A stretch of DNA of 64,000 nucleotides from an uncultured Hungatella sp. (GCA_947066955.1 CAMTAF010000004.1:484-64483); one strand, 5' to 3'. Positions 17,577 through 26,850 are shown, counted from the first letter of the stretch. Numbers and translations: made by a program. The notes: generated by a model from the letters alone, not told the origin.

Positions 17577-18677
17577 TTGGAAGATAAGATCATAGAGATG
17601 GCGGAGAGCCTAAAGGACCGGATGCTCCAGGGGATCCTGGAAATGGTCAGGATCGACAGCGTAGAATCGGAACCAAAGCCGGACGCCCCTTTCGGGCCAG
17701 GGGTGAAGAGAGCTCTCGCCAAGGCCCTGGAATTGGGAGAGGAACTGGGCTTCCACTGTGTGAACCTGGACAACTACATCGGATACGCGGAATACGGACA
17801 GGGTGAGGACTATGTCTGCGCCATGGGGCATGTGGACGTGGTGCCTGTGGGGGACGGCTGGAGACAGCCGCCCTTCAGCGGGCACATAGAAGACGGGGTC
17901 ATCTACAGCCGGGGAATCCTGGACAACAAAGGCCCTTTGCTGTCCTGCCTCTATGGGCTCTATGCCTTGAAGGAACTGGGGATCAGACCCAAACACAGAA
18001 TTCGTATTATTTTCGGATGTGACGAGGAATCCGGGTTTGAGGATCTTCACTATTATCTGAAGAAAGAGAAGCCGCCTCTGTGGGGATTTACGCCGGACTG
18101 CAAATTTCCCGTGGTCTACGGAGAGCGGGGCAGAGCTGTAATCCGGGTGAACGGAGAAGAACTGGAGCCTTTTTTTGCATTTGTCACCCAATATTTTATC
18201 GGAGCCAAAAATACGGGGGACCGCCTGGGAATCGATATTTCCCACAAAGAATACGGAACCATGGAGATGAGGGGATATAAACTTGGGGTGGAAGGGGGAA
18301 AACCTTATTTTGAAGCATCCTTAAGTTACCCGGCAGGCTGCGGCATTGAGGAGATCTTAAGGAGGATCCGGGGGAAAGCCGGCGGCCTTTCCGTAGAGCT
18401 GCGGCAAAATTACAATCCAGTGGTCTTTGACAAGGAAAGCCCTTTGGTTTTGGCTTTAACGGAGTGCTATGAAAAGGTAACGGGATTGGACGGGACCCCT
18501 GTAACCACCACAGGGGGAACCTACGCCAAGGCTATGCCCAACATAGTCCCATTCGGCCCCAGTTTTCCGGGACAGAAGGGAATCGGACACAACCCTAACG
18601 AGTGGATGACCGTAGAAGACCTGATGAAGAACGCCAAAATCTATGCACTAGCCCTATACCGCATAGGCAATCTTTGA
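17577..18677 (+). CDS. M20 Sapep/PepV-type dipeptidase
   Basis: GHVDVVP, RGILDNKGP, DEESG, GGTYAK, HNPNE; TTG start. Confidence 0.88.
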   Translation: MEDKIIEMAESLKDRMLQGILEMVRIDSVESEPKPDAPFGPGVKRALAKALELGEELGFHCVNLDNYIGYAEYGQGEDYVCAMGHVDVVPVGDGWRQPPFSGHIEDGVIYSRGILDNKGPLLSCLYGLYALKELGIRPKHRIRIIFGCDEESGFEDLHYYLKKEKPPLWGFTPDCKFPVVYGERGRAVIRVNGEELEPFFAFVTQYFIGAKNTGDRLGIDISHKEYGTMEMRGYKLGVEGGKPYFEASLSYPAGCGIEEILRRIRGKAGGLSVELRQNYNPVVFDKESPLVLALTECYEKVTGLDGTPVTTTGGTYAKAMPNIVPFGPSFPGQKGIGHNPNEWMTVEDLMKNAKIYALALYRIGNL

Positions 18678-18713
18678 GGAAGAAGGCAAACGCGCAGCGG
18701 CGCGTGCCGCTAC
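18677..18713 (+). repeat. Dispersed structured repeat, internally deleted copy
   Basis: AGGAAGAAGGCAAACGCGCAGCGGCGCGTGCCGCTAC joins the head of the 5' module to the tail of the 3' module. Confidence 0.75.
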
Positions 18714-18731
18714 TAGGAGGAGGAAATTGTT

Positions 18732-19481
18732 ATGAACCCTATTGTGGAAATTTGCTGCGGAAGTTATTATGACGCGAAGCAAGCGGCCCTGGGAGGGGCC
18801 AAACGCATTGAATTAAACGGAGCCCTGATGTTGGGAGGGCTGACTCCTACGGAGTCATCGATCCGCATGGTTAAGGAGAACCTGAACCTGGAAGTGATCG
18901 CCATGGTGCGGCCAAGAGGCGCCGGTTTCTGTTACCTTGAGGAGGAGTTTCAGGTGATGGAGCAGGAATGCCGGGAGGTTCTTAAGGCCGGGGCCGACGG
19001 AGCCGCCTTTGGGTGCCTTCTGGAGAACGGCTCCCTGGATCTGGAGAAGAACAAGCGTCTTGTGGACATCGCCAAGGCCATGGGACGCCAGGCTGTGTTC
19101 CATCGGGCCTTTGACTGCACGGACGACCCCTTCCGAACCATGGAACAGCTGATCGGCCTGGGAGTGGACCGGGTGCTGACCAGCGGATTGAAGCCCACTG
19201 CCATGGAAGGACGGGATAGGATCCAGCAGCTGCAGGCCATGTTCGGGGACAGGATCCAGATTCTGGCAGGCAGCGGCATTAACGGAGGAAATGTCAGAAA
19301 CCTGGTGGAGTATACGGGAGTGAATCAGGTTCACAGCTCCTGCAAGGCATGGCGCCAGGACCCTACCACTGTAAGAAACGGGGTTTCCTACAGTATGGCG
19401 GCAGGGGAACTGGCCATGTGCTATGATGTGGTATCGGCGGAGTTGGTAGCGGAACTGATAAAAAAGGGAAATGATTTATGA
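18732..19481 (+). CDS. cutC: CutC family TIM-barrel protein
   Basis: EICCGS, RIELN..L..GGLTP, MVRPRGAGF, FHRAFD, RVLTSG, AGSGI, VHSS. Confidence 0.92.
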   Translation: MNPIVEICCGSYYDAKQAALGGAKRIELNGALMLGGLTPTESSIRMVKENLNLEVIAMVRPRGAGFCYLEEEFQVMEQECREVLKAGADGAAFGCLLENGSLDLEKNKRLVDIAKAMGRQAVFHRAFDCTDDPFRTMEQLIGLGVDRVLTSGLKPTAMEGRDRIQQLQAMFGDRIQILAGSGINGGNVRNLVEYTGVNQVHSSCKAWRQDPTTVRNGVSYSMAAGELAMCYDVVSAELVAELIKKGNDL

Positions 19482-20326
19482 AAAACAGGTATTTGATCAT
19501 GACGGCGGCAGTGACATTTTCCGCCCTTTTACAGGCATTTGCCATGAATATCTTTTTAGAGCCGGTGCAGCTTCTGCCCAGCGGATTTACGGGCATAGCC
19601 GCGTTGCTGTCAAGGATGGCCGCGGCAGCGGGTTTTCGCTTTACCACATCGTTCGGCATGGTGCTTCTCAATATTCCCGTGGCCCTGTTCTGCTATAGGC
19701 ATATCGGGAAAAGGTTTGTTCTGTTTTCCATGGCTCAGGTTGTTCTGGCCAGTGTATTTTTGAGGATTATAAAAAGCGAACCGCTGTTTGACGACGTGCT
19801 TTTAAATATTTGTTTCGGCGGTTTCCTCTATGGGCTTGCAGTATCTGTGGCCCTGAAAGGCAACGCATCCACAGCAGGCATGGATTTTATCGCCCTGTAT
19901 GTCTCCAACCGGATGGGCAAATCCATCTGGCAGTACGTGTTTGTGTTCAACTGCTGCCTTCTGTGCGTTTTCGGAGCCTTGTTTGGCTGGGAGCACGCAG
20001 GGTATTCCATCCTGTATCAGTTTATCTCCACCAGGACCATAGACAGCTTCTATCACCGCTTTAAACGGGTAACTCTCCAGATCACAACCCAGAAGCCTGA
20101 TGAGGTGGTGAAAGAGTATGTAGGAACGTGCCGCCACGGGATCTCCGTGGTGGACGGACACGGGGGATACAGCGGAAAGAAAATGAGCCTGCTGCATACG
20201 GTGGTTTCCACCTATGAGGTTCACGATATCCTTCTGCGCCTGAAGGCCATAGACCCTGCGGTGATTGTCAATGTGCTGCCCACGGAGTCTTTTGTAGGGC
20301 CTTTTTACCAGAAGCCTTTGGATTAA
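19478..20326 (+). CDS. YitT family membrane protein
   Basis: SGFTGIA, LLNIP, ASTAGMDF, C-terminal DUF2179-like GGYSG...IDPAVIVN. Confidence 0.85.
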   Translation: MKNRYLIMTAAVTFSALLQAFAMNIFLEPVQLLPSGFTGIAALLSRMAAAAGFRFTTSFGMVLLNIPVALFCYRHIGKRFVLFSMAQVVLASVFLRIIKSEPLFDDVLLNICFGGFLYGLAVSVALKGNASTAGMDFIALYVSNRMGKSIWQYVFVFNCCLLCVFGALFGWEHAGYSILYQFISTRTIDSFYHRFKRVTLQITTQKPDEVVKEYVGTCRHGISVVDGHGGYSGKKMSLLHTVVSTYEVHDILLRLKAIDPAVIVNVLPTESFVGPFYQKPLD

Positions 20327-21462
20327 GATTTTATCCTCATCTGCCCACGCTTAACCCCCTGGTACACTTCCGCCAGCCGGGGATAAGCGTACTCAAAAAA
20401 TCCTTTATAGGCATCACAGAAATAGTTCTTCCCAGCGCTGTCTTTTGTAACCGGTTCCCGGTTCCTCCGACATCCGCCCCGGCACAGATTGAGCCACCGG
20501 CACTCCCGGCAGTCCTCGTGGATTCTCTCGGACCAACGGATAAATCCCAGCTCCTCCCGTTTTTTATCCATCTCCTCAAAGCTGTTCTCCCGGATATTTC
20601 CCAGGAGCCACTGGTCCAGGGCATAGAAATCGCAGGGGTAAGTGCTTCCGTCGGCCTCAATGACCCACTGCTTCCCGCATATTCCCCTCATATTGCAGCT
20701 CTCCGGCATGCGGCCATCCAGAATCAGCATGAGATTGTCAAAATACCGGTTGTACACCGCCTTGCCCGCCTTCATGTCCAGATACCAGGCGTCGAACAGG
20801 CTTTTTAAAAATGCCTCGTAATGTTTAGGGGTCAGGGAAAATTCCTGGCCTCCCGGTGTCTCCCCCAGGGGATCCAGGCATTCAATATACTGCTGATACT
20901 CCATCTTGTTCTTCTTAAAAAAGTTGTAGATCTTCTGGCCGCTTCTGGCGGAGGCGGCTGTCACCACCGTTAATATATTGTAATCCACATGGTATTTTTC
21001 CAGGAGACGAATCCCGGACATAATTCGATTGTAAGTGCCCTTCCCTGTCCCATCCTTCCGATATTTGTCATGGATCTCTTTGGGTCCATCCAAAGAGACC
21101 CCTACCAGGTAGCGGTTTTTCGCCCAGAACCGGGCCCACTCCTCATCGATCCTCAGGCCATTGGTCTGAATAGCGTACTGAAACCGGATCTTTTTAGGGT
21201 TTTCCCGGCCAGCCATGTAGTCAGCCAGATCCTCATAGAAATCAAGGCCCGCCAGGGTGGGTTCTCCCCCCTGAAAGGCCACTGTACAATAGCCGTCCCC
21301 GTATTCCAGGGTCCGGTCCATAATCCCTCTCATAGTGTCCTTAGACATGATGCCATGGGAGGCCACACTGCGGTTCTCCTGCTCATCGGCATAAAAACAA
21401 TAGCGGCACCTCATGTTGCAGTTCCCTGACGCCGGCTTTATTAATATATTTAAAGGTGGCAT
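20323..21462 (-). CDS. Anaerobic sulfatase maturase (radical SAM/SPASM)
   Basis: IKPASGNCNMRCRYC, FQGGEPTL, QTNG, SLDGP, DGSTYPCDFY, CRGGCRR. Confidence 0.93.
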   Translation of the reverse strand: MPPLNILIKPASGNCNMRCRYCFYADEQENRSVASHGIMSKDTMRGIMDRTLEYGDGYCTVAFQGGEPTLAGLDFYEDLADYMAGRENPKKIRFQYAIQTNGLRIDEEWARFWAKNRYLVGVSLDGPKEIHDKYRKDGTGKGTYNRIMSGIRLLEKYHVDYNILTVVTAASARSGQKIYNFFKKNKMEYQQYIECLDPLGETPGGQEFSLTPKHYEAFLKSLFDAWYLDMKAGKAVYNRYFDNLMLILDGRMPESCNMRGICGKQWVIEADGSTYPCDFYALDQWLLGNIRENSFEEMDKKREELGFIRWSERIHEDCRECRWLNLCRGGCRRNREPVTKDSAGKNYFCDAYKGFFEYAYPRLAEVYQGVKRGQMRIKS

Positions 21463-21476
21463 AATTTTCCCCTCCT

Positions 21477-21593
21477 TCCTAAAAACGCTGCGCGTTTGCC
21501 TTCCTCCTTGCGGTAGCGGCACGCGACGCTTCGCATCACCTGCCAATACGTCGGAAGGCATCCTAAGAAACGCTGCGCGTTTGCCTTCCTCCT
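21477..21593 (-). repeat. Dispersed structured repeat, one full unit plus a partial second unit
   Basis: Minus strand AGGAGGAAGGCAAACGCGCAGCGTTTCTTAGGATGCCTTCCGACGTATTGGCAGGTGATGCGAAGCGTCGCGTGCCGCTACCGCA then AGGAGGAAGGCAAACGCGCAGCGTTTTTAGG. Confidence 0.9.
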
Positions 21594-22386
21594 ACATAAA
21601 CTGAATGATATTGTATACGCAGATCAGCATAATAATCCCCATGAGCCCGATAAACAGCTTGTTCACCATGGTTCCGTCCATGCGTCTGTTCACGGTCCTT
21701 CCTGCCGCCCCTCCCAGGATGCCGCAGGCGACCATGAGGACCAGAAGCCCTATGGTGAACTCCGGCACGGTTCTTGTCACCAGGGTGTTTACCAGGCTGG
21801 CAATCTGGGAAAACAGGATAATGTACAGAGAATTCTGGGCCGCTGTCTTGGTATCCATGGAGAAGAAGAAAAACAGGACCACCAGGTTGATGGGGCCACC
21901 GCCGATGCCCAGGAAGGAGGACAGGATCCCCAGCACCAGGCCGATGGCTATGCACGCAGGCACGTTGGTGACATGATGTGTCCTGATCTTATCCTTCTTC
22001 AGCGTGTAAATAAGGGTTCCAAATGTAATGACCAGCAGGCAGGAGGCCTGGACCGCGCCCACCTGATCCCTGTCCGCTGCCAGGCTGGAAATGTACTGAA
22101 ACATCATTTTCCCCGCCACACCTCCAAGGGCGGCTCCAATGGCCAGGGGAGTTCCCGTCTTCATATCCACAAGAGAAGAACCTCCAAGCTTTGCCTTTAC
22201 CACTGAGTAGCAGGACATGGACAGCACGGTGCAGCCGGAGAGAAAGCTGATGCTGGCCACGCTCAGGACCCCGAAGGTGTCCAGGATAGGCTTGATCAGC
22301 ACTCCGCCGCCGATGCCGCATATGGCTCCTGCCACAGAGGCCAGAAAACTTACCATGGCGAAAATAACGTACAGATACAGATTCAT
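21592..22386 (-). CDS. TauE/SafE (TSUP) family sulfite/sulfate exporter
   Basis: GAICGIGGGVLIKP and SSFLGIGGGPINL duplicated motif; multi-TM. Confidence 0.88.
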   Translation of the reverse strand: MNLYLYVIFAMVSFLASVAGAICGIGGGVLIKPILDTFGVLSVASISFLSGCTVLSMSCYSVVKAKLGGSSLVDMKTGTPLAIGAALGGVAGKMMFQYISSLAADRDQVGAVQASCLLVITFGTLIYTLKKDKIRTHHVTNVPACIAIGLVLGILSSFLGIGGGPINLVVLFFFFSMDTKTAAQNSLYIILFSQIASLVNTLVTRTVPEFTIGLLVLMVACGILGGAAGRTVNRRMDGTMVNKLFIGLMGIIMLICVYNIIQFM

Positions 22387-22410
22387 TACTTTGTCTCCTT
22401 CCTTTGCCCT

Positions 22411-23892
22411 TTATCTAGGGTCTTTTCGATTGGGAACCGTGTCCCCGGTCTCCATGTAGAACCGCAGAAGCCGCATGGCCATGGCCTGGATCTGCTGCTG
22501 GTACTCCGGCTCCCCGATCCTGTTGTCAAGCTCCATGGGATCCTTTTCCAGATCATAGAACTCGTCCTGCTCATAGAGCCGTTTCACATACTTGTACTGC
22601 CCCATGCGGACCATGGCCGCCTTGGTGTGCTCCGGCCCCTCCAGGCACTGGGTGGACAGCCGGGGCCAGTAGGGAGACTGGGGACCGTGACCGCCTTCCA
22701 TAGCCTGAACCTCCCCGTGGATCCGTCCTCCTTCACAGAACACGGCCTCTTTATGAACCGGATTTCCCGCCACCGCGTCCAGGAGAGATTTGCCAAACTG
22801 GGTGTAATCCAGGGAAAATCCCGCCATATCCGCCCATGTAGCCGGAAGATCCAAAAGTTCCGCCAGCGCCTGGCTCTTCCCCGGCTTTACAGGGAACATG
22901 GAGGCGGGCTTCACCAGCAGGGGAACATTGGAAATAGGATCCTCAAAACAGTTCTGAACCTTCTCGGTGATCCCGTAATCCCCGGTGTAATCCCCGTGGT
23001 CGCTGAACACGAAGATGCTGGTGTCATCATAAAATCCGTGCTCCTTCAGCTTATCCTTCACCATCCCGAACTGGTGGTCAAACCGCTCCACCATGCCTAA
23101 ATATACGGCCCGCAGCTCATTGTACTGTTCCTCGCTCCAGCCTGTAAGATTCTGTTTGGAGCGGATGCCCCGAAGCATGGAGGGTTTTCCCTCAAGCTTC
23201 TCCACATCGATCCTTCTGGGGGGCAGGCCCTCCCGGGGGATACTGCTAAACCAGGGCTCCTCGCACCCGTAGGGCGGGTGGGGGAAGCTTAAGGTTATGT
23301 ATAAGAAAAACGGCCTGCCGTCATTTTTCTCCTTCTTCCTGTCCAGATAATCCAGGGCGCTTTTCACGCAGTTCCAGTCAAATGTGGATCCTGCCTGCTC
23401 CTTGTCCATCTTTCCTATATAGAAAGAATAACGGTCATCCTGGTCCATGCATTCCGGCCTCTCACAGGAAACCTTAGGGCCCGGAGCAAACTTAAGTCCC
23501 GCGTCATCCCGATGATTTTCAAAATCGCCGCCACTGTAAAACTCGTCACAATACTCCGTCTTTGCCCTGTCGGCGGGGATCACATCGTTGCGTCCGATCC
23601 AGATCACCTCGTACCCCTGATCCTTCATGGTCCGCAGGATATTGGGCTCCTGGGGCTCCTGAAGAAAATGCATGGTTCTGTGCCCGGTTGTGTGAGGATA
23701 CCTTCCTGTGAGAAAACTGCACCTTGACGGAACGCACACCGGATTCTGGCAGTAAGCGTTGGCAAATGAAACCCCATCCTCCAAAAGAGAATCCAGGTTG
23801 GGTGTCTTTGACGCCGGATTTCCCATATGGGACAGGGAATCGCAGCGCATCTGGTCCGCCACAAACAACAATATATTCGGTCTCTTTTCCAT
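22411..23892 (-). CDS. Cys-type (formylglycine) sulfatase
   Basis: PNILLFVADQ, TPNLD, CVPSRCSFLTG (CxPxR), FPHPPY, SDHGD, YDLEKDP. Confidence 0.93.
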   Translation of the reverse strand: MEKRPNILLFVADQMRCDSLSHMGNPASKTPNLDSLLEDGVSFANAYCQNPVCVPSRCSFLTGRYPHTTGHRTMHFLQEPQEPNILRTMKDQGYEVIWIGRNDVIPADRAKTEYCDEFYSGGDFENHRDDAGLKFAPGPKVSCERPECMDQDDRYSFYIGKMDKEQAGSTFDWNCVKSALDYLDRKKEKNDGRPFFLYITLSFPHPPYGCEEPWFSSIPREGLPPRRIDVEKLEGKPSMLRGIRSKQNLTGWSEEQYNELRAVYLGMVERFDHQFGMVKDKLKEHGFYDDTSIFVFSDHGDYTGDYGITEKVQNCFEDPISNVPLLVKPASMFPVKPGKSQALAELLDLPATWADMAGFSLDYTQFGKSLLDAVAGNPVHKEAVFCEGGRIHGEVQAMEGGHGPQSPYWPRLSTQCLEGPEHTKAAMVRMGQYKYVKRLYEQDEFYDLEKDPMELDNRIGEPEYQQQIQAMAMRLLRFYMETGDTVPNRKDPR

Positions 23893-23909
23893 ATCTGTCT
23901 CCTTTTCTC

Positions 23910-25211
23910 TTAATCCGCCAGTTCCTGCTCTTCTTTTAAGGCCTGGGTGTCAAGCACCTTAAAGAACGGAAAATAACAGCATATCTGAATCAGCACCAGA
24001 ACCACCTGCCACACAGCCAGCTTCCAGCCGCCGCAGAGCATCCCGGACAAAACCACAGGCGTGCCCAGAGGAATCTCCATACCGTTCATAACCGGAATCA
24101 CCCCCAGGAGGGTCATCACATAAGACAGAGTAAAAGTAATCACAGGCGTCAAAAGGAGGGGGATCAGCATAATGGTGTTCAGCACCATGGGAAGTCCAAA
24201 GGTAATGGGTTCATTGATGCCGCAGAGTCCTGACGGAAGAGCCAGCTTGCCCAGTGCCTTGTACCTCTGGCTTTTGGCCATAAAACACATGACAATACAC
24301 AGCCCTAAAGTTCCGCCGGCGCCTCCCAAAGAGGCATACCCGCTCCACGCGGACTTCACGATCATATTGGGAAGCTCTGCCCCCGCGCCGTAGGCGGTTA
24401 AGTTCTCCATAGCCAGAGGCATGTACAGCATGTTGATAAAAGGCATAACAATCATTCCGCCGTGAAGTCCGAAGAACCACATGATGCTGCACATGAGAAT
24501 CAGGACGATCATGGTAAACGGGCTTGCTCCCAGGGCGGAGAGAGGAGCCTTTAACAAGGTGTAGATACAGGTGTTGATGTCTCCAAAGGAAGTCAGAGAA
24601 AATCCAAAACGAATCAGAGCAAATATGAGCAAAATCATGAAGGATGGCAAAATTCCCTGGAACGAAATGGAAATCTGGGGCGGAACACTGTCCGGCATCC
24701 GGATGACCAGCTTTTTGTCAATAAAAAACTTATAAAGCACTGGTATGGCAAGTCCGAAAATCATGGCCGTAAACAGGCCGGCTGCCCCCAGATAGGAGGT
24801 TGACAAAGCCGCTGCCACTGTCACCGTGATCTCATCTTTTGTTCCCGTTACTCCCAATGGAATCATAACAAGAAATACCGCCAATGTCAACAGACCGATA
24901 CTGTTTGCCTGCTTGTCCATATCAATGCTGCCCGCGGTTGCGCGGGAAATGCTGTATACCGCATAGAGGGCCAGCATGTCTGTGGTGATCTTGGGGACAA
25001 ATCCAAAGATCTCTTTTAAATGGACCGCAGTGATCATGGACTGGTAAAAGCTGATGTTTAAATTAGCCAGAAGAGTAAACAGCGCCCCCACGATAACAAT
25101 GGGAAGACAGGCGGAAAAACCGCTGCTGATGGACTTGAGGTATCGGTTCTCGGACAGCTTCTGAGCCAGAGGAAGCAGCGCGTTTCCTAATTTTTCTGTA
25201 AATTTCTCCAT
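23910..25211 (-). CDS. PTS Lac/Cel-family EIIC (no cognate EIIA/EIIB in the operon)
   Basis: MPDSVPP, WFFGLHG, GGAGGTL, CGINEPITFGLP. Confidence 0.9.
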   Translation of the reverse strand: MEKFTEKLGNALLPLAQKLSENRYLKSISSGFSACLPIVIVGALFTLLANLNISFYQSMITAVHLKEIFGFVPKITTDMLALYAVYSISRATAGSIDMDKQANSIGLLTLAVFLVMIPLGVTGTKDEITVTVAAALSTSYLGAAGLFTAMIFGLAIPVLYKFFIDKKLVIRMPDSVPPQISISFQGILPSFMILLIFALIRFGFSLTSFGDINTCIYTLLKAPLSALGASPFTMIVLILMCSIMWFFGLHGGMIVMPFINMLYMPLAMENLTAYGAGAELPNMIVKSAWSGYASLGGAGGTLGLCIVMCFMAKSQRYKALGKLALPSGLCGINEPITFGLPMVLNTIMLIPLLLTPVITFTLSYVMTLLGVIPVMNGMEIPLGTPVVLSGMLCGGWKLAVWQVVLVLIQICCYFPFFKVLDTQALKEEQELAD

Positions 25212-25230
25212 AATTGAACTCCTTTCAATG

Positions 25231-25267
25231 GGTATCGGCACGCGCCGCTTTCGCGTCACCTGCCAGG
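25231..25267 (-). repeat. Dispersed structured repeat, 3' module only
   Basis: Minus strand CCTGGCAGGTGACGCGAAAGCGGCGCGTGCCGATACC, directly before the SD GAAAGGAG. Confidence 0.8.
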
Positions 25268-25350
25268 TGGTCATCAGTTTTACAAGCTACAAGGATCCGG
25301 TTCCCATGAGCACATCATACCTTATTTTGGATAAAAGTTCAATATAATTT

Positions 25351-25530
25351 TGGATAATTATCCATTATCATCATATCTGATAAATATTTTGCCGATTTCC
25401 ACCTATATCACGCATTTTTTTGTGTATATTTCACAAATCCAATCAAGATATCATGGGACTGTCAACGACCTGTCCGCTTTTTCCGGACAATCTATATCCA
25501 AAATCGAATTTTTATCTGGATATTTATCCA
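25351..25530. promoter_or_regulatory. Two 14-bp palindromes TGGATA(A/T)TTATCCA (25351-25364, 25517-25530), candidate RpiR operators
   Basis: Near-identical palindromes in the divergent intergenic region between EIIC and the RpiR gene. Confidence 0.55.
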
Positions 25531-25598
25531 TTACTCTGATAAAATGAACTTAGATTGCTTTATGGGGACAAAATTTTCAAAAGGGGAGGGAACCAATT

Positions 25599-26387
25599 AT
25601 GAATCCACTGGAACTTTTAGAAAAACAGCTGCCTGACCTGACCAAATCAGAAAAGATCATCGCGGAATATATCCTGGCAAATCCTATGTCCATTATCCGC
25701 TATTCCCTGACCCAGGTGGCCAAGGAGTCCAAATCCTCCAACACAGCCATTATCCGCCTCTGCCAGAAGCTGGGCTATCAGGGATATTCGGAATTTAAAT
25801 TCTCCATGTCCAGGGCTGCCCTTTCAGACACCCGCTCCGCAGCCGCGGGCTCTGACTCCGGCCCCAGAACTTCCATGACAGATATCGTGGAGCAGTATGT
25901 CTTCTATCTCAACCAGATGGCTGCCCAGACGGATATGGAGAATCTCCGGACCATCGCCGCCCTCATCTGCCGGGCCTCAAGAGTTGCCATCATGGGAAGC
26001 AACCGCACAGGTTTTTCCGCTTCCCAGCTCTCCTACCGCCTGTCCAAGCTGGGCGTGGCCAACCACCTTCTGACCGACCAGGTGCTCATGAAGGACTACA
26101 TGGAGATCTTCGGCCCCGGCGACTTGTGCCTGATCTTCTCCATCACCACCACTACCTGTGACTACAAGGAGATCAGCCAAAGGCTGAAAAAAAATGGCGC
26201 CGAGGTCATTCTCTTTACCATGAACGCCTCCACGCCTTTAAAAAAAATATGCGGCCACACCGTCTGCCTGCCTCAGATCTCCTACAACAAGAAGATGGGA
26301 TTTTTAGACGACCAGGCCATCTTCTTTGTGTTTATCGAGGTGCTGCTCAGCGAGATCGCGGCGGTGCTGAATCATCTTAGGGACTGA
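25599..26387 (+). CDS. MurR/RpiR family transcriptional regulator
   Basis: LTKSEKIIAEYIL...IIRLCQKLGYQGYSEFK HTH plus SIS domain. Confidence 0.9.
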   Translation: MNPLELLEKQLPDLTKSEKIIAEYILANPMSIIRYSLTQVAKESKSSNTAIIRLCQKLGYQGYSEFKFSMSRAALSDTRSAAAGSDSGPRTSMTDIVEQYVFYLNQMAAQTDMENLRTIAALICRASRVAIMGSNRTGFSASQLSYRLSKLGVANHLLTDQVLMKDYMEIFGPGDLCLIFSITTTTCDYKEISQRLKKNGAEVILFTMNASTPLKKICGHTVCLPQISYNKKMGFLDDQAIFFVFIEVLLSEIAAVLNHLRD

Positions 26388-26411
26388 ATCGCATCCGACA
26401 CGCGCCAAAAA

Positions 26412-26440
26412 CGGGATGCCCTCTTCCTGGGGGCATCCCG
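26412..26440. terminator. Hairpin between convergent genes
   Basis: CGGGATGCCC...GGGCATCCCG. Confidence 0.6.
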
Positions 26441-26493
26441 CTGTCTGGTCTTTCGTGGGGTCGCAGCACGTTCGCCGGCCGGGCGCATAAGGT

Positions 26494-26850
26494 TTACAGC
26501 ATTTCTTCCTTCTTCTCAAGGATCGCCGCCACCGCGCTGCAGGCGGGGCAGTCGCAATATTTTCCTCCCGCGGCTATGATCTCCTCCGCGTGGGCGGCCA
26601 CCTCTTTTGCCTTCTCCTCCCCGAATACCCCGGCTCCGGCATCGGACTTCGCAAACGCCAGCAGCCCCTGGGCAGTCATAATGTCCATCTCCAGCTCCGC
26701 GATCAGGTTTTTGGTCTCCTCTGCCTCTCTGTCCGTGCCCACAGCCTTAAGCCAGTTCTGTCCTGCCTCCTTTGCTTCTTTGCAGCAGCTAGGGGCTTCT
26801 GTCATCTCTTTCACTTTCTGAATTACGTAGTCTTTTACACTCTGATCCAT
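26494..26850 (-). CDS. Small Cys-rich conserved hypothetical protein (PSCC...YCDCPAC)
   Basis: 118 aa, good SD, paired Cys clusters at both ends. Confidence 0.7.
   Translation of the reverse strand: MDQSVKDYVIQKVKEMTEAPSCCKEAKEAGQNWLKAVGTDREAEETKNLIAELEMDIMTAQGLLAFAKSDAGAGVFGEEKAKEVAAHAEEIIAAGGKYCDCPACSAVAAILEKKEEML

Noticed and set aside
25225-25280. Hammerhead ribozyme (CTGATGA...GAAA on the minus strand within a repeat copy)
   Set aside because: The stem II closing pair would be C-C, stem I cannot form, and CTGATGA is absent from the other copies
26494-26850. Chaperone (Hsp90-like) label sometimes given to proteins of this kind
   Set aside because: 118 aa with no GHKL ATPase motifs
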